Part shown: positions 9,014 to 16,682 of the stretch, in pieces
How the letters are laid out: each line of letters begins with the position of its first letter
Position numbering within the stretch: the stretch's first letter is position 1
Origin: Pseudomonas aeruginosa
GTDB taxonomy: Bacteria > Pseudomonadota > Gammaproteobacteria > Pseudomonadales > Pseudomonadaceae
Reading direction: 5' to 3'
DNA: 32,000 bases
Assembly (NCBI RefSeq): GCF_001457615.1
Contig: NZ_LN831024.1
Location: 600,001-632,000 of the forward strand
Notes under the pieces: generated by a model
Seen by the model: the letters and a program-made list of their open reading frames with translations, nothing else
What the model was told of the DNA's origin: nothing
The model's database searches: none
Position numbers and translations under genes: made by a program

Positions 9014-9925
9014 TCAGCGAGCGGAGTCGGCCTGGCGGCGGAAACGGCCCGGCGATTCGCCGAAGGCCTGGCGGAAATTGCGGGAAAACGCCGCCTCCGA
9101 CTGGTAGCCGGTCTCGGCGGCGATATCCAGCAGGCTCTTCTGCGTTTGTCGCAGCAGGCCGCGAGCCTTCTCCATGCGGATGCGGGTCAGCAGGTTCCAC
9201 GGCGAGGTTCCGCCGAGGGCGGAGAAGGCGCGGACGAAACTGGCCCGCGACATCGCCGCCTGCTGGGCAAGCTGTTCCAGGGTCCAGGCATGCTCCGGGC
9301 GTTCCAGCATGGCCCGCAGGGCTCGTCCCAGGCGGGCGTCGCCCAGCAGGCCGAACAGGCCGTCGCCCAGCGGTTGGCGGTCCAGGTAGGCGCGCAGGGC
9401 CAGGGCGAACAGCGCGGTGGCCAGCGCGTCGATGATCGAGCGGGCGCCGCTGCGGGTGCTCTCGGCTTCCTCGCGCATCAACCCGATCAGCGCGCGCAGG
9501 GGCTGCTGGGTCGACTCGTCCATATGCACCAGCAGGCGCTCGGGGAGCGCGCCGAACAGGCTGGCGCCGGCGTGATAGCGGTAGCTGCCGCAAAGCATGT
9601 CGAGGGCCTCGCCGGGGCCGTTCAACTGGTACAGCGGGATGCTGCCGCGGTGCTCTACGGTGGGTTCGCAGGGTTGCGCCGGGCTGTCGCTGCGCAGGAG
9701 GTGCGGGGTGCCGCGTGGCAACAGGATCAGGTCGCCGGGATGCAGGTCGAGGCGACCGCCATCGAGGAATTCGCAATAGCAGGTGCCGGCCATGACGATA
9801 TGGAAGGTCGCCTCGCCGGGCACCGCTTGCGGGTGCTCCAGCGCCCAGCTGCCCTGTAGCTGGCAGCGCTGGTCGAGGCGGCCCTGCAGGTTGGCGAGCT
9901 GGATGAGCCGGTCGAGTGGGTCCAT
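9014..9925 (-). CDS. AraC-family transcriptional regulator with an N-terminal cupin domain
   Basis: The N-terminus MDPLDRLIQLANLQG...FHIVMAGTCY...GDLILLPRGTPH is cupin_6-like. The C-terminal double HTH is LEQLAQQAAMSRASFVRAF...IAAETGYQSEAAFSRNFRQAFGESPGRFR. Confidence 0.92.
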   Translation of the reverse strand: MDPLDRLIQLANLQGRLDQRCQLQGSWALEHPQAVPGEATFHIVMAGTCYCEFLDGGRLDLHPGDLILLPRGTPHLLRSDSPAQPCEPTVEHRGSIPLYQLNGPGEALDMLCGSYRYHAGASLFGALPERLLVHMDESTQQPLRALIGLMREEAESTRSGARSIIDALATALFALALRAYLDRQPLGDGLFGLLGDARLGRALRAMLERPEHAWTLEQLAQQAAMSRASFVRAFSALGGTSPWNLLTRIRMEKARGLLRQTQKSLLDIAAETGYQSEAAFSRNFRQAFGESPGRFRRQADSAR

Positions 9926-10042
9926 GGGATGAGCCGATCAGGTCGAAAGTAGAGACGCATGGGCAGGCGGCGCGGTCCAGACTGGTCGAGACTGGTAACC
10001 CGACGCGCCACTCCCGGCGCGAAAGCAACGGAGAATATCACC

Positions 10043-10381
10043 ATGCTGAACAACTGGACCGAGTTCGTCCCCGCCGTGAAAAAAGCCTTCGGTGCCCTGG
10101 GCAAGCAACACCCGAAGATGCTCGCCGCCTATGGCGCGCTGGAGGAAGCCAGCGCCGAGGGCGCCCTGGATGCCAAGACCCGCGAACTGATCTCCATCGC
10201 CGTGGCCATTACCACCCGTTGCGACGGTTGCATCGGCGTGCACACCGAGGCCGCGCTGAAGGCCGGCGCCAGCGAGGCGGAAATCGCCCAGACCCTGGCT
10301 ACCGCCATCTCCCTGAATGCCGGCGCCGCCTATGTCTATTCGCTGCGCGCGCTGGAAGCCTACGACCAGTTCAAAAAGTGA
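10043..10381 (+). CDS. carboxymuconolactone decarboxylase / AhpD-like family protein (112 aa)
   Basis: KTRELISIAVAITTRCDGCIGVH (the CxxC..H motif of the AhpD/CMD fold). It is divergent from the AraC regulator. ATG at 10043. Confidence 0.88.
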   Translation: MLNNWTEFVPAVKKAFGALGKQHPKMLAAYGALEEASAEGALDAKTRELISIAVAITTRCDGCIGVHTEAALKAGASEAEIAQTLATAISLNAGAAYVYSLRALEAYDQFKK

Positions 10382-10886
10382 GGCCGTACAGGCGCTGCAG
10401 GTAGAACAGCAACCCCAGCCAGGCCACCAGGGCCAGCCAGCCCAGCCCCAGCAGGCCCTTGCGCAGCAGCGTCGAGGGCCTGCCGTGGAGCAGGTCGACC
10501 AGGCTCAGCACGCCGCCGAGCAGCAGCAGGCCGAGCAGCGCCTGGGTGTACTGGGCGAAACTCGGCGACAACGCCTCGTCGCCGTGGGCGGCATAGTTGT
10601 ACAGGTTCCAGGCGCAGATCAGCGTCGCCGGCAGCAGCGCCAGCAGCGCGCCGAGCCAGCGCCCGCGGACATGCAGGAGGAAGCCCGCGAGCAGGCCGAC
10701 CAGCCCGGTACCCAGCGGTAGCAGCGCCAGGCCCTGGCTGAGGTAGACCAGGTCGACGCCGTCGGCGAGCGCCATCGGGGTGACGAAACGGTAGCTGCCG
10801 CTGGCGCAGAGCAGCACCGAAAGCAGCAACAGGGCGTAGCCCGGCAGGTACGGCCAGAAGGCGGGACGCGGGGGCAGGTCGGACAT
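10371..10886 (-). CDS. integral membrane protein, unknown function (171 aa)
   Basis: About five hydrophobic helices. The ATG at 10886 is preceded by AAGGA. No family recognised. The 3' end overlaps the convergent CMD gene by 11 nt. Confidence 0.65.
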   Translation of the reverse strand: MSDLPPRPAFWPYLPGYALLLLSVLLCASGSYRFVTPMALADGVDLVYLSQGLALLPLGTGLVGLLAGFLLHVRGRWLGALLALLPATLICAWNLYNYAAHGDEALSPSFAQYTQALLGLLLLGGVLSLVDLLHGRPSTLLRKGLLGLGWLALVAWLGLLFYLQRLYGLTF

Positions 10887-11073
10887 GGATGTTCCTTGCG
10901 GGTTGTCCGCTCGCATGAGCGTAGGCTCAAGCGTACCGCTGCGCGTGACAGGCGGCGAGTACCGTTGCGGTTGAACCCTCCGCGAATGGCGGGAGTCAGT
11001 CATAGGGTGACGCGAAAAAACGCCGGCTCACGCGCCGGACACCGTATCGACCCTGGACCAAGGAGTTCCGTTC

Positions 11074-11232
11074 ATGGACCTGATCCGCATCCTCATCGCC
11101 ATCCTCCTGCCGCCGCTGGGCGTGTTCCTGCAAGTCGGCTTCGGCGGCGCCTTCTGGCTGAACATCCTGCTCACCCTGCTCGGCTACATCCCGGGCATCG
11201 TCCACGCGGTGTACATCATCGCCAAGCGTTGA
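11074..11232 (+). CDS. Pmp3/YqaE (UPF0057) family small membrane proteolipid (52 aa)
   Basis: Absent from the ORF track because it is under 60 aa. AAGGAG at 11059-11064. Product: MDLIRILIAILLPPLGVFLQVGFGGAFWLNILLTLLGYIPGIVHAVYIIAKR, with the family-typical LPPLGV...LT.LG.IPG..HA.Y.I pattern. Confidence 0.85.
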   Translation: MDLIRILIAILLPPLGVFLQVGFGGAFWLNILLTLLGYIPGIVHAVYIIAKR

Positions 11233-11241
11233 GGCCCCTGC

Positions 11242-11700
11242 TCAGGCGTAGTTCCATGGTTCCTTCACGGTGAAGTCCCGCCACGGGTCTTCGCCGTGGA
11301 AGGGGCCGACATAGAGCACCTCGCCGCCCCGGACGATCCATTCCATACCGTGTTCGCGGTCCCATTCGCAGTTCAGCGACAGGTGGATCACCGCTTCGTC
11401 GCCCTGTTCCGGGTCGGGCACGATCAGCTCGCCCGGTTCGATCCGTTCCAGCACCCCGCGCGCCGGCGCGACTTCCTCCGCAGACTCGCCCAGCCGCTCC
11501 AGGCGCGCGGCGCGGTAGCGCAGGCTGGCGGCACAAAGCCGCTCGACCACGGCGTCATCCAGTTCGTCGAGGGCTCGGGCGCAGCGCCAGGCGTAGGCGT
11601 CGTCGGCCTCGTTCTCGATGAACAGGCTGATGTAGCGCCGGTACAGGCGCCAATACACTTCGCCCATGTTCGCATCGTCCAGGTTGCGGATCAGTTCCAT
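11242..11700 (-). CDS. small acidic cytoplasmic protein, unknown function (152 aa); last gene of the four-gene operon
   Basis: GGGAGA SD lies 6 nt upstream, 15 nt after the upstream gene's stop. Hand count is about 33 D/E versus 17 K/R. Contains the motif LNCEWDREHGMEWIV. No signal peptide. Confidence 0.75.
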   Translation of the reverse strand: MELIRNLDDANMGEVYWRLYRRYISLFIENEADDAYAWRCARALDELDDAVVERLCAASLRYRAARLERLGESAEEVAPARGVLERIEPGELIVPDPEQGDEAVIHLSLNCEWDREHGMEWIVRGGEVLYVGPFHGEDPWRDFTVKEPWNYA

Positions 11701-11715
11701 GCGTGGTCTCCCTGT

Positions 11716-12186
11716 TCAGCAGCGTTCGGTGAGGGCGATGCCACGGCCGTCGCCGAAGCCATCGTGTACGTGCAGCCATAGCGGGATCGGCCAGGCCCAG
11801 CCGCCGGCCTTCCACCAGCACTCGGCGAACCAGGCTTGCAGCGTATCGGCGAGCAGGTCGACGCCGCCGAAGCCGTCGGCGAAATAGGCTTCGTCGAAAT
11901 CCGGGGCATGTCCCAGGCCGAGCGCCAGGTCCAGCGCCTTGCCGGGAAACAGGCGCGGGTCGCTGGCGTCCACCCGGTTGCTGGCGCCATTCAGGTACAA
12001 CCACGCTTCCGCTGCGTCGCGTCCGTCCTCGCCGAGGAACAGTTGGATCTCGCCGTCGCGCAGTCCTTCCTCCAAGGGTTGCCGGAGCAGCTCGCGCAGG
12101 CGCTGGATCACGCCCGGCGCGGCGCGTTGCAGGTCGCGGCGGTAGCGCTCGCGGAATTGTTCGGGGCTGAGGCCGAAAGGAATCAT
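11716..12186 (-). CDS. small acidic cytoplasmic protein, unknown function (156 aa); third gene of the operon
   Basis: GGAG SD lies 9 nt upstream, 13 nt after the upstream stop. Trp-rich C-terminus (AECWWKAGGWAWPIPLWLHVHDG). No family recognised. Confidence 0.72.
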   Translation of the reverse strand: MIPFGLSPEQFRERYRRDLQRAAPGVIQRLRELLRQPLEEGLRDGEIQLFLGEDGRDAAEAWLYLNGASNRVDASDPRLFPGKALDLALGLGHAPDFDEAYFADGFGGVDLLADTLQAWFAECWWKAGGWAWPIPLWLHVHDGFGDGRGIALTERC

Positions 12187-12199
12187 GGGCGTTTCTCCG

Positions 12200-12547
12200 T
12201 CATTCGGGCAGGCAGGGCCCGGCTTCCAGCCAGGCCTCCAGGCTGGGTGCCAGGGGTTCGAAGCAGTCCGGCGTCATCGCGCCATGGTCGACCAGGAACA
12301 GCGCCTGCCGGTGATCGTCCAGGGCCATCACCACGGCGCGGCCGCCGCTGTCGTCGCCTATGGCCAGGTAGCCGGGGCAGTAGAGAGAGGTTTCGAAGGC
12401 CCGGTTGCGTTCCAGCAATTCGTCGGCGGCGTAGAGCAGCAGGCCCGGCTCGACGAGGCGGCCGCCGTGCTGCTCCAGAGCGGCGACGAAGGCAGCCGGC
12501 AGCGGTCGTCCGAGCCAGGCCTCTAGGGCATCCAATTCAGGCTTCAT
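12200..12547 (-). CDS. SMI1/KNR4 (SUKH-1) family protein (115 aa)
   Basis: LDALEAWLGRPLPAAFVAALEQHGG...PGYLAIGDDSGG...LFLVDHG...LAPSLEAWLEAG fits the SUKH-1 layout. The ATG at 12547 overlaps the upstream gene's stop region by 11 nt, consistent with translational coupling. Confidence 0.82.
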   Translation of the reverse strand: MKPELDALEAWLGRPLPAAFVAALEQHGGRLVEPGLLLYAADELLERNRAFETSLYCPGYLAIGDDSGGRAVVMALDDHRQALFLVDHGAMTPDCFEPLAPSLEAWLEAGPCLPE

Positions 12548-13151
12548 CGGGCTCGTCCAGGGCGAACAATGCATGGTGGCGGGCATGGGCCAGCAGGCGT
12601 TCGCCCAGCGCGTCGGCCAGGGCGTAGAAGCGCGTGTCCAGCGCATCCAGGGCCGCTTCGCAGTCGCGGTCGGGTTCATCGGCCCAGGTCGGCATGCGCA
12701 ATTGGCGTTCGGCCTGGGAGACTGGCACCGGACCGTCGCCGAACAGCAGGGCGGCGGCTCGCTCCAGCAGGGCCAGGGCGTCCTCCGCCTCCAATTCGCG
12801 AAGACCCGCGCGCGCCGCCTGGTACTGGTCGCCGGAGGAGTTGCCGAAGTACTGGTCGAAGCCGCCGTTGTGCACTTCGCCGCTGAGCACGCTCACTGCG
12901 TAGTAGCTCCGTTCGGCCGGCGACAGCCCGGCGAATCCCTCGCGGCCATCGTAGACGCGATTCACCAGCGCGCTCCAGTACAGCGCCTGCGGACTCGCCA
13001 GGTAGCGCCGTCGCTCCGCGTGGAAGCGCTTGCCATCCTCGATGTTCTGCCGGTAGCCGCCCTTGCAGGGCATGCACAGTCCGTCGTTCCTCGCCGCCGT
13101 GGTTGGGAGGATGAGATGGCCGCAGGCGCGGCAGGGAAGGCGGTCGGTCAT
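12537..13151 (-). CDS. DUF4375 (DMP19 DNA-mimic-like) domain protein with an N-terminal CxxC...CxxC zinc-ribbon-like segment (204 aa)
   Basis: LPCRACGH...GLCMPCKGG, then YYAVSVLSGEVHNGGFDQYFGNSSGDQY, the NGGFxQYFxNSSG hallmark of DUF4375/DMP19. AAGGA lies 6 nt before the ATG at 13151, so the start is trimmed from the track ORF. Confidence 0.8.
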   Translation of the reverse strand: MTDRLPCRACGHLILPTTAARNDGLCMPCKGGYRQNIEDGKRFHAERRRYLASPQALYWSALVNRVYDGREGFAGLSPAERSYYAVSVLSGEVHNGGFDQYFGNSSGDQYQAARAGLRELEAEDALALLERAAALLFGDGPVPVSQAERQLRMPTWADEPDRDCEAALDALDTRFYALADALGERLLAHARHHALFALDEPDEA

Positions 13152-13258
13152 GAGCGGTCCTTGCTGGTGGAAGGGGCTCATTATTGCGCAGGATCGTTCA
13201 GCTTGAACGACAGTTTGGCTTGCCAGCCTGGCACGGCATTGCCCGCTGGCATGGCCGA

Positions 13259-13283
13259 CCCTCTCTCCCGTCGGGGAGAGGGG
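13259..13283. repeat. REP-like GC-rich imperfect palindrome (CCCTCTCTCCC-gtc-GGGGAGAGGGG)
   Basis: Stem of about 9 bp with one bulge, lying between the impA stop and the downstream operon. It produces the spurious PLSPTGER peptide typical of such extragenic palindromes. Confidence 0.5.
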
Positions 13284-13341
13284 CATGAGGACCGGCGCGG
13301 AGCGAGAAGCATCACCCCGCGCCAGCCCCCTCAGCTACGAC

Positions 13342-16068
13342 TCACGGAAACGGCCACGCCGGCGACCCCTGGCTCATGTCCAGAAGCTTCACCGTGCTGT
13401 ATTCGTTGGTCCGGTTGTTGGCATAGAAGAACGCCGGCTGCTCGGCGAAACCGTAGGCCGCCACCTGCGCCTGGGCCGCTGCCGAGGTACGGATGCCCCA
13501 TAGCGCGAAGGTTGGCCGCTGGTCGCGCTGGGTCAGCCAGGACAGGCCGAGCAACAGGTTGTCGTTGCCGTCCGTGCTGCTGGCATCGCCGCTGTTTCCC
13601 GGGCGCTGGGCGTAGGTGCCGTAGCCGAGAGCGGCCTTGTTGGCGTCCCAGTCGGACTTGTCCACCTGGCGCTGGTGCAGGTAGAGCAGGGTCCAGATAT
13701 CCCAACCCTGCAGCGGATCGCTCTTCAGGTCGGCCCAGTAGTGCACCCACTGGGTATAGAAGGCCATTCGCTCGCCGTTCAGCGCGTAGGTGCCCGGGTC
13801 TTCCCACAGGCGCTTGTATACGCCTGCCAGCGGATCGGCCTCGGCGCGTCCGGCGACGATCAGGTTGTAGGCGTTGCGGTAGTTGACCCGCGTATCGTCG
13901 AGGTTCTGCCCGAACTCGCGGAGCACGCGCCAGTCCTTGTGCAACGGGAATATCTGGTTGGAGATCTCGCCCGAGCGCCCGCCGTAGACCTTCAGTCGAT
14001 TCACTTGCAGGTTGTGGCCCAGCTCATGGCTTTCGCCCCAGCCACGCGGGTTCAGGCCCCAGGTCTGGTCGTAGGGGTTGCCGCTGCAACCGCCGCCGCA
14101 CTGGGCGTACTGGTCGACGTTGATGTGCTGGGTGCCGGGCAGCTTGTGCAGGGTCTCGCTGTCGCAGTCCCAGCCGCGCGCCGCGCATTCCTGCTGGATT
14201 GCCGGAGTCTTCGCCTGGTTGGGAATGGCGAAGCCGGCCAGGGTGTAGGCGTCGTCGATGAACACCTCGTTCAACTCACGGATGAAGCGCTGGACGTCGC
14301 CGCCATAGTCCTTGTCGATCGAGCCACGGACCTTCTCCACCTTGGCGTGGACCTCCACCGAGCCGCTGCGGATCTCCAGCCAGTCGGCCTTGTCGGCGTC
14401 CAGCGCCTGGATGAAGTCGGCAATCGCCTGGCTGCTGTCCTCGCCCGGCTGGATGTCGAGGAACGGCTGGCTGGCCGCGCCGGTTACCTTGACGGTTACC
14501 GTCTGACCCGGCGTGGCGCCGCTGTAGACCAGTTGCAACAGGCCGCCGTAGGGCGATACCAGCGCCACCGACTGGTTTGCCTGGAGCTTGATGTCCGGGC
14601 TCTTGAGGAAGCGCGGACGGTCATACTGGCGGGTATTCCACAGCCGCGTCGAGCCGATGCGCTGGGTGTTCAGGCCGACCGCCAGGCTGGCCTGGCCAGC
14701 GTCTTCGATGCGGATGCTCAGGCGCTTGCCCGGCGCCGCCATGCGGCCGATGGCGGTGAAGCCCTGGGCCGACGGCAAGGTGAGGGTCAGGGTTTCCTCC
14801 GAGCCCGATACCGGCATCGACTGTTGGCGCTGGCCGGCGTAGCTGCCCAGTTCCTTCTGCGCCGCGCCGGCTTCGCGCACGTAGCCGACGATGGCGTCGG
14901 CGACGAAGGTTTCCTGGAAGCGCGCCGTGTCGGCGGCCTTGTCCATCGGGTAGCGGATGTTCTGCCGCACCGCGTCGGCCCACAGCAGCCAGAGCCGCAG
15001 CGAGGTGGTGCCGGGCAGGGCGAAGAGGTTCTGCGCCTTCTGGTTGTAGGCGTCGAGGGCGCCTTTCAATACATCGACGCGCTTGCTGAAGTCGCTCAGT
15101 CCCGGCACGTCGTCGCAGGTGGTGCGACCGACGTAGGAGGTGCATTTCGACCAGTCGTAGTCCGTGCGCCAGCTACCGTCGACGATCTGCTGCACCAGCG
15201 CCGGGTCCTGGCCATAGGCGCCGCCCAGCTCGACCGAACGCGTCCGGGTGCGGCTGGATGGCACCCTGTCCTTGTCCCAGTAGTTGCCGCCGTAGGGGCC
15301 TTCCTGCAGGCCCAGGCCGGCGAGGATCTGCTGGCCGGTGCTGCTCTGGTTCCAGCCATTGGTGTGCACGAAGAGGATCGGCAGCCCGGCCTGTAGCCGT
15401 GCGCGCACCGTGGCGCTCAGGCTAGCGGCGCTGGCGCCGTTGCCCAGTACCAGCAATTTGCTGGTGCTGGCGCAACTGGCGTCGGTCAGCGCGTTGCAGG
15501 CGGCGTCCGCCGGTTGCAGGCCGGCGCTCTTCAGGCCGTTGAGAGTGGCGGTCTTGTCCACCCCGACCACGCTGACCTTGAAGTCCTTCGCAGTAGCCGC
15601 GCCCGGGTCGCCGTTCACCAGCCACTGCACCGCCCGCTTCAGCAGCGGTGCGTGGGCGGCATTGGCCCCGCTCAGTTGGGTGAGCACGTTGGTGCCATAG
15701 GCCAGCCCGCGGCCGCCGGCCTCCAGGCTCAGGCTGGCGAGCACGCGCCCCTTGTCGCCAATGAGGAAGGGCAGGGTATTGTCCGGGTTGGCCGGCAGGA
15801 CCCACATGCTGGCGGCGCCAGGATCATAGGCTTGGCTGAGGTTCTGGTAGAGACCGTCGAGCAACTGGGTGCGGGTCTGGCGGATGCGCTCGACCTGCTG
15901 CTGCAGGCGCAGGGCGACCAGGTGGCTGTCGGTCAGTTGCGAGGAATCCCCGCTGACCAGTGCCGCATCGAGGATTTCTTCCTGGGTGGCCGCCTGGGCG
16001 GACAGCGCGCCAGCCAGGCAGAAACCGGCCAGCAACGCTCGGTGGCGAGGGATGGGTGAGCGACTCAT
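13342..16068 (-). CDS. impA: secreted M60-like (enhancin-type) zinc metalloprotease ImpA
   Basis: HELGH zinc motif at 14014..14028. The Sec signal peptide MSRSPIPRHRALLAGFCLAGALSAQA follows the ATG at 16068, with AAGGAGA 5 nt upstream. The track ORF extends 15 codons further to 16113 without an SD. Size and sequence match my recollection of P. aeruginosa ImpA. Confidence 0.93.
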   Translation of the reverse strand: MSRSPIPRHRALLAGFCLAGALSAQAATQEEILDAALVSGDSSQLTDSHLVALRLQQQVERIRQTRTQLLDGLYQNLSQAYDPGAASMWVLPANPDNTLPFLIGDKGRVLASLSLEAGGRGLAYGTNVLTQLSGANAAHAPLLKRAVQWLVNGDPGAATAKDFKVSVVGVDKTATLNGLKSAGLQPADAACNALTDASCASTSKLLVLGNGASAASLSATVRARLQAGLPILFVHTNGWNQSSTGQQILAGLGLQEGPYGGNYWDKDRVPSSRTRTRSVELGGAYGQDPALVQQIVDGSWRTDYDWSKCTSYVGRTTCDDVPGLSDFSKRVDVLKGALDAYNQKAQNLFALPGTTSLRLWLLWADAVRQNIRYPMDKAADTARFQETFVADAIVGYVREAGAAQKELGSYAGQRQQSMPVSGSEETLTLTLPSAQGFTAIGRMAAPGKRLSIRIEDAGQASLAVGLNTQRIGSTRLWNTRQYDRPRFLKSPDIKLQANQSVALVSPYGGLLQLVYSGATPGQTVTVKVTGAASQPFLDIQPGEDSSQAIADFIQALDADKADWLEIRSGSVEVHAKVEKVRGSIDKDYGGDVQRFIRELNEVFIDDAYTLAGFAIPNQAKTPAIQQECAARGWDCDSETLHKLPGTQHINVDQYAQCGGGCSGNPYDQTWGLNPRGWGESHELGHNLQVNRLKVYGGRSGEISNQIFPLHKDWRVLREFGQNLDDTRVNYRNAYNLIVAGRAEADPLAGVYKRLWEDPGTYALNGERMAFYTQWVHYWADLKSDPLQGWDIWTLLYLHQRQVDKSDWDANKAALGYGTYAQRPGNSGDASSTDGNDNLLLGLSWLTQRDQRPTFALWGIRTSAAAQAQVAAYGFAEQPAFFYANNRTNEYSTVKLLDMSQGSPAWPFP

Positions 16069-16522
16069 GTTCTCTCCTTGCAGTGAGGGAAATGCAGTGG
16101 TGGACAGGCTCACAACTGGCGCTATCGGCCCGTGGAGGGCGGCATATTGTTATGGGTGCGCCGGGTATCGCGTCGAACAGGGAATGGGCCTCGGACAATG
16201 CCGGAAATACGCATGGGCGATCCGCTGCATCGAACGAGTCAAGGCGAGAGGAGCATGTTGGGAAAGGCGGAAAAACTATCTGTTCTGGTTGTTTTTGAAC
16301 TGCGTCTGATTATTTTGATTTTATTTTTACCGATTGTTCGAAGCGCTCTGGAATAGGCGCTCCAGCGTTTCCTGTGACGAAACGATCCAGACTTTGGTTA
16401 GGGGCTTGGAAAATACCGAGGATGTACTTCCAGAGCTGTCGATGGAGTTGGAAGTTGCAGTTTCATGAAGGTTTAGGTACTTCGAAGTTACCGCGTTGGC
16501 GATGGAATCGATATCGTCCGGT

Positions 16523-16552
16523 AGTGCCTTCGGAAGTGCCTGATAAGTGCCT
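16523..16552. repeat. three phased direct repeats of AGTGCCT (spacings 12 and 11 bp)
   Basis: gtAGTGCCTtcggaAGTGCCTgataAGTGCCTtcc in non-coding AT-rich DNA at the left edge of the islet. Confidence 0.5.
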
Positions 16553-16682
16553 TCCCACGCTCAGGCGGCGAACAGAGCCGCCACGTCCATCGGATTCCGC
16601 TCCGCCAGCGCCAGTTCGCCTTCGCCGAAACTTGCGCTGCTGCCGCCGACACCCTGCGATTGATCGCGCAGTGGCGGGCGAT

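Noticed and set aside
16255-16356. 33-codon hydrophobic ORF (MLGKAEKLSVLVVFELRLIILILFLPIVRSALE) as a possible type I toxin or small membrane protein, with an imperfect hairpin over its stop.
   Set aside because: The GGAG ends only about 2 nt before the ATG. The hydrophobicity is what T-rich DNA yields in any frame. The hairpin needs a 2-nt bulge. It is mentioned under the islet finding but not annotated as a feature.
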